DNA of 64,000 bases, from contig OZ287074.1 in assembly GCA_965645245.1 (NCBI GenBank), positions 1,736,001-1,800,000 on the forward strand, in the 5' to 3' direction. Origin of the DNA: Massalongia carnosa (taxonomy: Eukaryota). The notes under the pieces are model-generated. The model worked only from the letters and a program-made list of their open reading frames with translations, did not search any database and was not told where the DNA came from. Positions 1 through 10,500 of this stretch are shown here, one piece after another. Numbering within the stretch: the first letter of the stretch is position 1; each line of letters opens with the position of its first letter. A program made the position numbers and the translations under genes.

Positions 1-336
1 TCGTGTGACTAAAAAAAAACCATCCAAACAATAGTTAAAGGATTGAAAATACTGATAGATCTGCTTGAAAAAATTCGAAAAGCTAAACACAAACGTTTTC
101 GTTGCCTCACTCACATGAATACTACTACTGCTCGCCTGGTGTTCTTGAGTAGCGCGCAGCAGCTCCCGGGCAACTTCAAGCCTTGCGTCTAGGGTCGCGT
201 CCGGGAGGAGGCGGTCGGGAAGCCGAACGGAGGAGGAAATTTCTTTTTTATTTTTGGTGATGGTCTCCTCCACATACCTTTGAGCAAGGCTGAGTAGCTG
301 TGTAATCCTCGTCCGATCGGGGGTACTTGGCGGCAT
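1..336 (-). CDS. Possible first exon of a hypothetical gene running off the left edge
   Basis: ATG at 336 opens a stop-free frame (MPPSTPDRTRITQLLSLAQRYVEE...LEVARELLRATQEHQ) followed by a GTGAGT donor-like site near 114. No family recognised. Confidence 0.3.
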   Translation of the reverse strand, partial: MPPSTPDRTRITQLLSLAQRYVEETITKNKKEISSSVRLPDRLLPDATLDARLEVARELLRATQEHQASSSSIHVSEATKTFVFSFSNFFKQIYQYFQSFNYCLDGFFLVTR

Positions 337-1243
337 GTTGAAGGGAATGTGTATATATATTTTTTCTTTTTTTCATATCATCTTTATTTCATATCAGAGG
401 GGAGGTTGGGTTTTGCTGAGAGGGAGTTGTAACTAACTAGTATCCTGGGGTCAAAGAAAAAAAGAAAAGGAAGAAGGTCCTAAGAATAACCGTCAATATT
501 TACCTATCTATTGACAAAGCATCCTATTGTTTAGTTGGTTAGTAGCCTAGGTATAGTTTTGTAGGGTTTTTCGTGACGGGAGGGACAGACGAGTTCTGTC
601 CTTCTTTGATAAGGTTTTCGGATGTTTGGTTATTCTTGAGACATTACAGGAAAAGAAACGGTGAAGATCTTGAGTAGGTAGTTAGGTAGTTAGGTACTTC
701 GTAGTTGTTGCAAAGCAATTGGAATAAATAAATCCCGCGTATATACATGCAGTAGCTACTGTACCATCTCAGAACCGAGATTTTCGAACCGATTTCAAGT
801 TTTTACGATTGATACAATTCTTTACGAAGTGAAACGATCCGATACAATCGAGACTTTTTGATCCTGTCCGCACGACGTCCTCTCCGCATTAAACGGTAAT
901 TCAGTACTTCGTACTATATGGATTACATACGTACTGTACATACATACAACAAAAACCCAGTTTAACGTTTTTATTCTAATTCTATAACTCAAGCATGCAA
1001 TTACGAAATCCCAATATTGTTTCTAGGCTTACTTACAATAGGGGTTTTCACGGTTGCTTTTCAAATTTCAGGTTTTCAGGGTTTTATTTTTCAGGTTATC
1101 AGGGTTTGGCGTTTAGGCATGAGTGCCCCGAAATTATTAGAAAATTTTAATTCTAATGCTTAGTCATTCAATCAGATGTTACCAACCTATTTTCTAACTT
1201 CTTATCTTCGATCGAGGGGACATTCTTGTCATTTTAAATAGTT

Positions 1244-2452
1244 ATGCCTCGTGTCAGCTGCAAAGTGCAGCTAGAAAGAGATTTGCGTTGTCTTTACTTT
1301 CTACATGATGCTACTGCATCATCATCGGATGAATCGGATGAAGCATTGAATTTCCTACTTCTAGCAGAAGGAATTCAAGAACAGCGTTATTTAACTCCCC
1401 GATTATTCGTTCCCAAATCCAATTGGGCATCAGCTGTCCTTCCCAACCTTTCGGATGATCGATTCCGAAGTCTGCTACGCATGAATCGCTTTCCTTTTGA
1501 TCATGTTCTCGGCTTAATTCGAAATGATCCCGTCTTTTTCAATAAATCTCGTGTCCCTCAAGCCTCCGTGGAACATCAGCTAAAATACGCTCTTTTTGGA
1601 ATGAGACATGACGGTAGTGCTAGTGGATTCCTTCCTACAGCTACCATGTGGGGGATATCAGAAGGGCATGTTTTTAACTGCACCAAACGGGTGATAGAAG
1701 CACTGTGTCGGCTAAAGAATGACTTCGTTCAATGGCCCAGTGAAAGAGCTAGGATAAGAGAAAGTTTGACCAATAATCAGAGACAAGATGGATTTATCGG
1801 GGTCGTTGGCAAGGTGGATGGTACCGACGTTGTTCTACATACAAAACCAGGTGGTAAATACGAAGGCGAGCTATTCTTCAACAGAAAAAAGAGATACGCG
1901 ATGGATTTGTGTGCCGTATGTGACTCGAATAAAAGGTTTATTTACTTTCTCAGTGGATGGCCAAATTCTCAGCATGATCAGCGTATATTCGCCGCAGGTG
2001 ATTTGTGCCGGAATCCCGCCTTTTATTTCTCTCCCGGTCAATATCTATTGGGTGACAGTGCCTATACGAATTCCACGTATCTGGTGACTCCATACAAGGC
2101 ACCGCATACTAGAGATCCGGATATTCGTCGATTCAACAAAAGACTGTCGCGAATTCGTATAGACATAGAACATGCATTTGGAATTCTGAAAGGAAGATGG
2201 AAAAGTCTGACCGGGCTGAGAATTCGAGTCAGGAACAAGAAAAGCTATACCTACGTCATCAAATGGATAACTGCATGTGTGGTGCTTCATAACATTCTTC
2301 AAGACATTCGAGATAAATGGAATGAAGAAGAAGGATGGTGGACACAAGAAGAAGAGGCACATGACGAAGAATTGAAACAGCAAATCAGCAGTCAAATGAC
2401 TAAAGGTCTGATCACAAGAGATCAGGTTAAACGATTGGTCATCGGCAGTTAA
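1244..2452 (+). CDS. Harbinger/HARBI1-like DDE transposase (DDE_Tnp_4 type), 402 aa, intact
   Basis: Motifs FRSLLRMNR, VGKVDGTDV, FFNRKKRY, GWPNSQHDQRIF, YLLGDSAY and RIDIEHAFGILKGRW; 37 residues between the second D and E. Confidence 0.93.
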   Translation: MPRVSCKVQLERDLRCLYFLHDATASSSDESDEALNFLLLAEGIQEQRYLTPRLFVPKSNWASAVLPNLSDDRFRSLLRMNRFPFDHVLGLIRNDPVFFNKSRVPQASVEHQLKYALFGMRHDGSASGFLPTATMWGISEGHVFNCTKRVIEALCRLKNDFVQWPSERARIRESLTNNQRQDGFIGVVGKVDGTDVVLHTKPGGKYEGELFFNRKKRYAMDLCAVCDSNKRFIYFLSGWPNSQHDQRIFAAGDLCRNPAFYFSPGQYLLGDSAYTNSTYLVTPYKAPHTRDPDIRRFNKRLSRIRIDIEHAFGILKGRWKSLTGLRIRVRNKKSYTYVIKWITACVVLHNILQDIRDKWNEEEGWWTQEEEAHDEELKQQISSQMTKGLITRDQVKRLVIGS

Positions 2453-3354
2453 GATGACTAGTGATTGATCTCATACAACCCTAGTTGTCATTTCATTTCT
2501 TCCATTTGAAAGACTAGCATTCATTTGATTTGATGTCGTCTGATTTCCAAGTCTTAATTGGTCGCTCCCCCCCCTTCTTATTACCGCCCCCTCCTCTCCT
2601 GTTGGGGCTGGTTCTGAGAATTTCTATTGACTAGGTTTTCCTACAAAATTTCTAGACGAAGTTTCGAAGCTTCGTGGGTAGGAGGCTATTTATCCCCTTT
2701 TCCCGTGACCGAGTTCTAGCCCTGTTAGCTTTAGGAGTCTCGGTCCTATCCGTAGTTGCCCATTTTAAAGTTGAATCCTGATTCTGTCCTGTCCTTGAAC
2801 TTACCTGAGGTTCATTGAACTTATGTCAAGGACTGGGTTGGGAATTGAACTAATGTTCCTAGGAATTGGATTGGATGATCAAGATGTCTTTATTAATGAG
2901 GCTATAGCTAGGAGGTGGTTTGCTATATAAGACGTCGGACGAGGAGTCAACTATCTACTGGATATGTCCTCTTTTTATACCTGAGCCGGCCCCTTCTTTC
3001 TCATGTTTTACCTTCACCCTAGATGAGAGATTTTGGTGATGGTGGCGGCGATAAGGTGGAGCGATAAGTGGGCCAGTGGATGTGATCGTTCTAGCGATAA
3101 GAGGGTATAGTGGAGTAAGGAGATTGGTGGAGTGGAATAAGGGGTTTATTCAGACTCATACCGAGGATGAATCTGAATAGGCTTTCAGGTGGCTTTTACC
3201 TCGATCGCCGCTTGGCGGTTCGGGGTAATCAATTAGGTTTTAACTCAAACTTTATTTCATGACAACTTACCTCATTAGCTTCATTTCTCAGGTTGGGCCC
3301 TGACACCGCTAAATCCTTTGAAAGGGGCATGTAGCTTGTTTGAGAAAATGGGGG

Positions 3355-3436
3355 TTCTGATATCAAGAGAGGAATACTGGTATCAAGAGGGGGGTTTACT
3401 GGTATAAAGAGGGGGGTACTGGTATTAAAAGGGGGG
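3355..3436. repeat. Minisatellite, about 4 copies of a 20-22 bp unit TACTGGTAT(C/A/T)AAGAGGGGGG
   Basis: Tandem units read directly from the sequence, inside the Harbinger element. Confidence 0.7.
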
Positions 3437-3609
3437 TGTTGATAGTAATTCCCTTCTTATTATCCCACCCTTTCTTATATACCCCCTCCGTCATCCTTTT
3501 CTATTCACCTCCTCTCCCCTTTCTTATCATTCTTTATCTTCCTTCCTGATTAAGAAGTAGGCATCTTTAGAAAAAGGTTAGCTAGTTCAAAATCGAAGTT
3601 TAAATCAAC

Positions 3610-4653
3610 TTACCACTTCTTTTGAGTCTTCTCCAACTCAATTTGTAGCCTCATCATCTTTTCCTCGTGTTGCATTCTACTTATGGCAATCATTTCTTCC
3701 TGTTTGAGACAAATCTCTTTAGGATGTTGATCTCTTTGACTGGTTTCAGCATCAAACCGCTTTTGAAGTTGAATTTGTTCGAATTCAAAGTGTTTACTGA
3801 AGTCATTGGACTTCATGATCTGCACCTCAACCAAGGCGTCTGCCACGGATCGGACTTTTTCCCGTCTGAATCCTCGTTTGGTAATGACTTTTGATCGCGT
3901 GTCATCACTGTCCGAATCTATCTCCAAAGGTCGTTTACGATGGCCACGACCAGGTGTAGGTGTAATTTGTTCAGTACCAGAGTCAGGTATGACTTTTTTA
4001 TTCTTGAGTGCATACTTTTCTTTGGCACGTTTAACCAAATCAGTCTTTGATTTTGAGATATCATCTTCTAGCCAATGACCAGCATCAGATAACTGCCTAT
4101 TCATGTCGCTATCACCGTCTCGAGCCCGTTTTTCATAGTCCTCCTCATCGAAGTTTTCAACTTCCGTATCTTCCGCATCTTCTTTTCCTTCAGCGGTACC
4201 AGGTCTTTCGGACTCCATTATGTAGGGTGGAGTGATAGTGGGAAGATCTCCCATAATCTCTTCCAACTCGTAGTAGAAAGGGCATTTCTTAATCAAGACC
4301 TCCTTGATGGTTATTCCCCGCGTGTTTTCCGCCACTACCTCATGTTTTGTTGGATCTACCCCCCATCCCGTCTGATCCGCGAGGGCCCTGCTTTCTTTGA
4401 AAGATTTAATCATTTGGGCGACTTTATCTCTGGCTTTATCCTTGGATACATCGGGTCGTTGAGCACTCAGTCCAGACTCCAACAGCATTCTTCTACAAGC
4501 TTCTACCTCGTTTCCTTTTTGATAGAGATTGAGATTGACGGAAATACCCTGATCGTCTCTGATACAAAGCCATTGAATGACTAGTTGAGTGTCTTCATCT
4601 TTCCAACGGATATTGGGACCTCGAGATCGAGTTGGAAGAGTGATGGACGTCAT
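3610..4653 (-). CDS. Harbinger accessory Myb/SANT-like (trihelix) DNA-binding protein, 347 aa
   Basis: N-terminal W...LVIQWL...KARDKVAQMIKSFK...QTGWGV...IKKCPFYYELEEIMG pattern typical of Harbinger ORF2, then an acidic linker and a C-terminal coiled coil. Lies inside the TIRs. Confidence 0.8.
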   Translation of the reverse strand: MTSITLPTRSRGPNIRWKDEDTQLVIQWLCIRDDQGISVNLNLYQKGNEVEACRRMLLESGLSAQRPDVSKDKARDKVAQMIKSFKESRALADQTGWGVDPTKHEVVAENTRGITIKEVLIKKCPFYYELEEIMGDLPTITPPYIMESERPGTAEGKEDAEDTEVENFDEEDYEKRARDGDSDMNRQLSDAGHWLEDDISKSKTDLVKRAKEKYALKNKKVIPDSGTEQITPTPGRGHRKRPLEIDSDSDDTRSKVITKRGFRREKVRSVADALVEVQIMKSNDFSKHFEFEQIQLQKRFDAETSQRDQHPKEICLKQEEMIAISRMQHEEKMMRLQIELEKTQKKW

Positions 4654-4711
4654 GTTTAATGATTAGGAATGATCAAGATGAGATGATAATAATTGAGTTA
4701 AAATAAACCAG

Positions 4712-6037
4712 CACGCGGGTGACAAAATAAACTGCAACGTGTAAGCGAATTTACCCCCCCTTTTTTATTCAAATTTTCATCTCATCATCAACCATCATCT
4801 GCATAGCTGATAAAATTCATCTAAATTACATGAGATCAATAACTAGTCATCGCCCCCTTTGCATATTTCACCTCTTTCAATCTTTTGGGCATGGATAACA
4901 CCCTTTCATTGATAAATTTCTGACTGACTCGAGCCCATCCCTCCCTAATCAGCTGCTCCAAACTTGCATCGTCCCAATGAGGAAATTTACGAACATGCTG
5001 CTTTACGGGCTGCCAGCAATTTTCAATGGGAGCTAGATCAGGAGATGAAGAACAATTGAAATAGTGCTCTAAATCGTGATCTAACTTCCACTTTTTGACC
5101 GCGTTTCGTCTCTTGCCCGTGCCATGACCAGAGTCTCCATCTTCTTCAAGTACGAAGTCATCTCCACGCTCCAACCAGGGCTTGACGACGGGATCAAGAA
5201 TAGCGTCAATATACACCTGATGAGTCATTTTTCCATTGCTATTGCTGGGCACATCGTAGAAGTAGATATCCGACTTGAAATTGTAACCAACTGCTGCCCA
5301 GCAGTGCTTTCTTTTACGATCTTTCTCAGGTGGTGCATCACGATGCTGAATACAATCCCAACGATATCTTGTTCCGGGCTTACGAATGATTCGTAACTGT
5401 CCTTCAGGCCCGTAGCCAAAATGAATCTCATCGCTGAATCGTACGCGATGCCAGTCTTCGGACCGAGGATATTTATTTAACATAACTGTAGCAAATTCTT
5501 CTCTTCTTTCTTCTGATGCCATTGCCAGCCACCCTTTGACACAGGCTAGACATTTGTGATAATTCAAGGCAGCTGTAAGAGTTCTCTTCATTGTACGTCC
5601 CATCACGTCGGCCCCAATCTCCTGTGCTAAAGCATCCCATGTGTAGCGTTTTCCTTCCAATTGTAGATCTTGATCCTGCAGAATGTGATCTGCCTCCTTC
5701 AGCTGATCATCACTAATCTTTCGCTTTCGACCCCGAGTCTCAACGAGAGAAGAATTGTGACGTGTGCGAGAAGAAGCTCCGCTTTTGATGATGTTATAGC
5801 CCGCGCGCTCGGCCACGCCAAATTCCTGAAAATGGCCCGTGGATCGAATGGAATTGCATGTGAGATGAGAAATTGATAAGCTCCTTGAACTTTGGCCTTT
5901 GTGGGAGTATCATAATGATGCTTTTTGGGTCGAGACATTGATGATGAGATAAAAAGTTGAAAAAAAGGAGGGTGTTTTGATGGGGCATTCAGGGGTAAAT
6001 TCGCTTACACGTTGCAATTTATTTTGTCACCCGCGTG
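4712..6037 (-). mobile_element. IS630/Tc1/mariner-superfamily element, 1326 bp, 46-bp TIRs, 5-bp TSD
   Basis: TIR CACGCGGGTGACAAAATAAA(C/T)TGCAACGTGTAAGCGAATTTACCCC at 4712-4757 and 5992-6037 (1 mismatch). ACCAG is directly repeated at 4707-4711 and 6038-6042. Confidence 0.93.
4836..5938 (-). pseudogene. Tc1-like DDE_3 transposase (DD38E), split by one frameshift near 5826
   Basis: N-terminus MSRPKKHHYDTPTKAKVQGA (5938) is in a different frame from the body, which carries VRFSDE, EEDGDSGH and SPDLAPIENCW. Confidence 0.85.
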
Positions 6038-6065
6038 ACCAGCTAAGATAACCTAAATAACGTGA

Positions 6066-6171
6066 CTCAGCCCTACTTTTCGAAAATTAAAACCTGAAAA
6101 CCTGAAATTCCGGTCTCATGAGTCCGGAATTTCAGGTTTTCAGGTTTTAATTTTCGAAAAGTAGGGCTGAG
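6066..6171. repeat. 106-bp palindrome (53-bp arms, no spacer, one T/T mismatch)
   Basis: CTCAGCCCTACTTTTCGAAAATTAAAACCTGAAAACCTGAAATTCCGG-T-CTCA|TGAG-T-CCGGAATTTCAGGTTTTCAGGTTTTAATTTTCGAAAAGTAGGGCTGAG; centre at 6118/6119. Confidence 0.95.
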
Positions 6172-6462
6172 AATTTATACCTAAATAGGTTTAATGTGCT
6201 TACATAAAAAACCTGAAACCCTGAAAACCTGAAAACCTGGCCAAAAAAACTCAACCGTGAAAACCCCTAATTAGATGATTTTTTCCATTTTTCTCATCCC
6301 CTCACCACCTCCTCCCATCTTATAAATAGTAAGTAAATAGTTCCATCTTTTTCTTCTTTTCTCTTCTACACTACTACCTACTATCCTATCACATCTCTTC
6401 CTCCCCCCTCCCAAACTCTAAACCCTTTCTACATACATACATAGATACCTATGTATCTATCA

Positions 6463-6550
6463 TTCCTCCCCTTCTCCCTCTCCCTTCTCCCTCTCCCTCT
6501 TCCCCTCCCTCCTCTCCCTTTTCCCTCTCCCTCCTCCCCTCTCCCTCTTT
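6463..6550. repeat. Polypyrimidine low-complexity tract (CTCCCT-like units)
   Basis: About 88 bp consisting only of C and T. Confidence 0.8.
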
Positions 6551-7545
6551 CGCGCCATCTACCTATCTATGCCTTTCGCTTTTGGTGCGAGTATCTCGCC
6601 AACAACCAGTTATGATAGATAGGCAAGTAAGTGCAGAAACGCAAAAAAATTGAATTGGTATAGGTAAAGCAATCAGTACTTAGAGGAGCTCCAGCAGCGG
6701 TGGGTATAACCCCAACCCCCCTCCCCCCTTCCTCCCTCCCTTCTTTGGCATGTATTATAGAGTAGGAAGTCTCTGGGACGTAGGAAATAGCGAAAACTGG
6801 GATGCATAGCAGGTGGATGATAGGACTATAGCAGCTCTGGATCCTAGGGAGTTTCTTTCTTGTGGTAAGTAAGGTAGGGTAAGATCTAGAAGAAAGAAAA
6901 GGATTATAATGCTAATTTATTAAGATGACATAGTTACTCCGTTGCAACGCCAAATCTTGCATGTTTCTTTCTAATTTTCTTTTCTTCTGATAGGTACTGT
7001 GCAAGACGCCTTACTTGAGTTGATTGGACAGGTTTAAAAAAGTATCCAAACAAAGCTGCATTTGTGTCCGTCGCTCGATTATGAGAGCGTGGTTTGAGAT
7101 CAATGCGGAGAGCTTTACGTTTAATCGGTGGTTGGGTCGCCGCTTTTGCTCGATATTTTTCTTCTAGCCAAACTTGAATATCATTCCAGTGAATAGATGA
7201 ACTGGTTGGTCATTTAAATCATACATACATTGGGTTCTATAGATTCCCTCGGCGAATGGGACGGTTCTATTTGTGTCGCCCATTAGCGAGTACAAATCGA
7301 TTTCGACGGGTCCCCAGATTCGGCTCGTGTAGGAGGAAGCGGCGTCTCTGCATGGCACCCAGATACCTTTTATAAATAACATAAGATTGAGCTAGATAAT
7401 CTTGAGAATCTCAGCCAAAATTCGGGATTGAGCTCATATCTCTGCAGCAATCTCAAAATCCAGTCCAGCAGTTTGTAACCGGCACAATGGTGACTCCATC
7501 AGCAGTGAGCGACGCGGAAAGCAGCCATAGCCTCCGTGCATGGAA

Positions 7546-10500
7546 TCATCCAACCCATCGTCTTACGCTGGCAAAGAGTCTTCCCCATGGCCCAAAATCT
7601 CCCCATTCCTTTCGCTTGCCATGAGGTATCCAACTCCCTATCCCCGCCATCACTGTCCGCTCAGGATGTGGCATCAGGGCTAGCACTCGACCGTCAACCG
7701 ACCTCACACCTGCGATCCCAAGTGGGCTTCCATTAGGATTGGCCGGATATTTCTCCGTCGCTAGCAGCGTGTGATTCTCCACGTATTGAACTGCCACTTG
7801 TTCGTTTGAAAGTAAGCTTTGTGCTGTCGATGATCCAGCCCCGAAGTAGGCACGTCCTTCCCCATGCGCTACAGCAACAGGCATCGAAGTGCCGTCCATC
7901 CCATGAAGGAAGACCGATGGAGAAGATGGCGGATCAGAAATGCGCACCATGCAAACGCGAGCTTCGTACTGTTCGCTGATATTGCGCTCGAACGTAGGCC
8001 AAGAATCAGCACCAGGGATCAGGCCTTTCAAACGGCTCAAAAATTGACAGCCGTTGCAGACACCGAGAGTGAACGTTTCCTTACGCTCAAAGAAGGTGCG
8101 GAACTCTTCCCGGGTTTGAGTGTGCAGAAGAACAGATTTAGCCCAGCCTTGGCCTGCACCGAGGACGTCGCCATAAGAAAACCCCCCACAAGCTGCGAGG
8201 CCAACAAAGCTAGAAAGAGAAACTGACCCGGAGATGAGATCTGTCATGTGCACGTCAACCGCAGTGAAACCAGCGCTCATAAATGCAAAGGCCATTTCTG
8301 CATGACCATTAACACCTTGCTCTCGTAAAATTGCTACCCGAGGTCTCACTGCCAATGACCAGGAGATTGCGAGGTTGTTCCAAGAGCTACGAAGAGTATT
8401 GCTAATATTATCTTTCGGATTGAAAGTGAGATTGTACGATAGACCGGGATCGTTGTTATCACCAATGCAGCCTCGTTCAGCGTCGGCGCAGGCGGGATTA
8501 TCACGCAGTTTCTGTATGTGATAGGAGGTCATTGCCCAGCGAGTTTGTAAATCAACCCGTTGGCTTCGATAGATCTCTGAAGCTCCATGGTACATCGTGA
8601 AGCTTTGCTTACCGGCTGATGGGACTCGTCCGATCTTCTTGATGAGCCCTACAGGTGGCCCACAAGTAGCAAAGGCACGGTGAAATTCCGTTTCATCCTT
8701 CGCCCGGACTTGGAAGACGGCTCCCAACTCTTCATTAAAGAGAGTCTCCATCAACGCCCTTGTGTTCACGACGGGGCAAATCTCGTCAAGCATAATTTCA
8801 AGGCCACATCTGCCAGCGAACATCATTTCAAGGAGAAGTGTAAGAATGCCCCCATCGGAGCGGTCATGATAGGCCAAGACAATGCCAGCATCCTGGAGCT
8901 GTTCCACGGCATCAAAGAAGTCTCTGAGAAACTGCATATCATGCACGTCTGGCGCAACGTCTCCAACTCGGCCAAAAACTTGGGCCAGTGCTGAACCGCC
9001 CAAAGCCTTCCTATCCAGAGCAAGGTCTACAAAGAGCAGCACCGTCTCCCCAACATCTTCAAGCCGACGCAAGGTAGGGGTCCAAGTATTGGTTATGTCT
9101 CGAACCGGCGCAAAGGCTGAGACAACCAACGACAAAGGAGCAGTAACCTCTTTCACGGAATGGTCTTGATCGGTCCACTTCATCTTCATAGACATTGAGT
9201 CTTTACCGACCGGAATGCTAATACCTAGAATTTGGCATAACTCGTTCGTAGCGTGAACAGCTTCATATATTGCAGCCCCTTCTCCTAGATGGCTACTTGC
9301 TGACATCCAATTCGCGGAGAGCCTGATTCTCTCTAAGCCGTCCTGTAAGTCAGCTGCTGCAATGTTCATAAGAGACTCTGCCATGGCCATGCGTGCTGAT
9401 GCTGCGGGAGAAATCAAAGCAACCGTAGGTTTTTCGCCCATGGTCATTGCTTCGCCTGTCTTCATCCCAAGCGTCAAGGATGTAGCAGTGACTGCCACGT
9501 CTGCAACCGGAGTTTGCCAGGGTCCGACCATTTGATCACGAGCTAAGCATCTATCAGTACCATATCCAGAAAAGAAAAGTAAAAGGAACGTCATTTCCTA
9601 CCCGTAAGTCCACCGACGGTACGATCACCTATGGTAATCAAGAAAGATTTAGAACCAACTGCCGGGAGTGCTAGTACTCGCTGAACAGCCTCGTTCAAGA
9701 CAGCATGACGATCTTTTAGTTCTGGGATGTACAGCGAGAGACTGCTATCGAAAGGAGGTAATTGCAAAATCCTGGACTTCACGACTTTCGTCAATTTTGG
9801 AGGTTTACCAAACAGTACAGACATTGGGAGGTCAATGGGCTTGGGGTGATCACTCGAGTCTCTGTCTAAAAGGACTAGCCTCTTCTCATCGTACTGTTTA
9901 TCCTTAGTTTGTCCAACGATGGAGTAGCCGCACCGCTCGCGATCAGCAATCTGCTTGAAAAGGTTAAGCTGATCCCGCGCGACTGCCATCACATATCTTT
10001 CTTGAGCCTCGCAGCACCAGATCTGCAATGGGCTCATGCTCTTATCAGCATTGTCAATATCTCGTAGCTCAAATTTCGCCCCTAGCCCTGAGTCGTGCAC
10101 GAGTTCTGGCAATGCATTCGACAACCCACCTGCACCCACGTCGTGAATGAACAAGATGGGGGACTGATTCTGGGCAAGGTTATAATAGGTTCTGGCATTT
10201 ATAGCGAATTGAGGGCTTACCCCCATGTCCGAGCAGGCGTTGATGACCTCCTGCGCCCTACGCTGCACCTCGGCATTGCCTAAACCCATAGATATTAGCA
10301 CAGGTGAAATATCCAGCTATCGTTCTATTCGGTCGTTTGAGCATTACCTCTTTGCACACTCGCAAAATCGAGATCCACGGTTCCTTCGCCGGACATTACA
10401 CTTGACGCCGCACCTCCTCCAAGTCCAATGAGCATTGCCGGTCCACCAAGCACGATCACATAAGCTTCGGGAGGAACAAGTTCGGACCGTTTAATCGCGA

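Larger units (their letters stand above)
1040..6268. mobile_element. PIF/Harbinger (PHIS superfamily) DNA transposon, full length, containing a nested Tc1-like insertion
   Basis: Perfect 17-bp TIR AGGGGTTTTCACGGTTG at 1040-1056 and its reverse complement at 6252-6268. AAT flanks both sides (1037-1039, 6269-6271). TTTCAGG(G)TT subterminal repeats occur at both ends. Encodes a DDE transposase plus a second, convergent ORF. Confidence 0.92.

Noticed and set aside
4712..6037. Transib/RAG-like element (CAC termini, 5-bp TSD)
   Set aside because: The encoded protein has IS630/Tc1 motifs (FSDE, SPDLAPIEN), not a RAG1-core-like transposase, and the TIR lacks RSS-like heptamer/nonamer spacing.
1041..6267. 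Canonical TAA/TTA duplication for the Harbinger element
   Set aside because: With GGGG termini the flanks are ATA and TAA and do not match; only A-GGGG termini give a matching AAT pair.
7164..7382. 72-aa ORF downstream of ADE6
   Set aside because: Short, with no recognisable motif or supporting exon structure.
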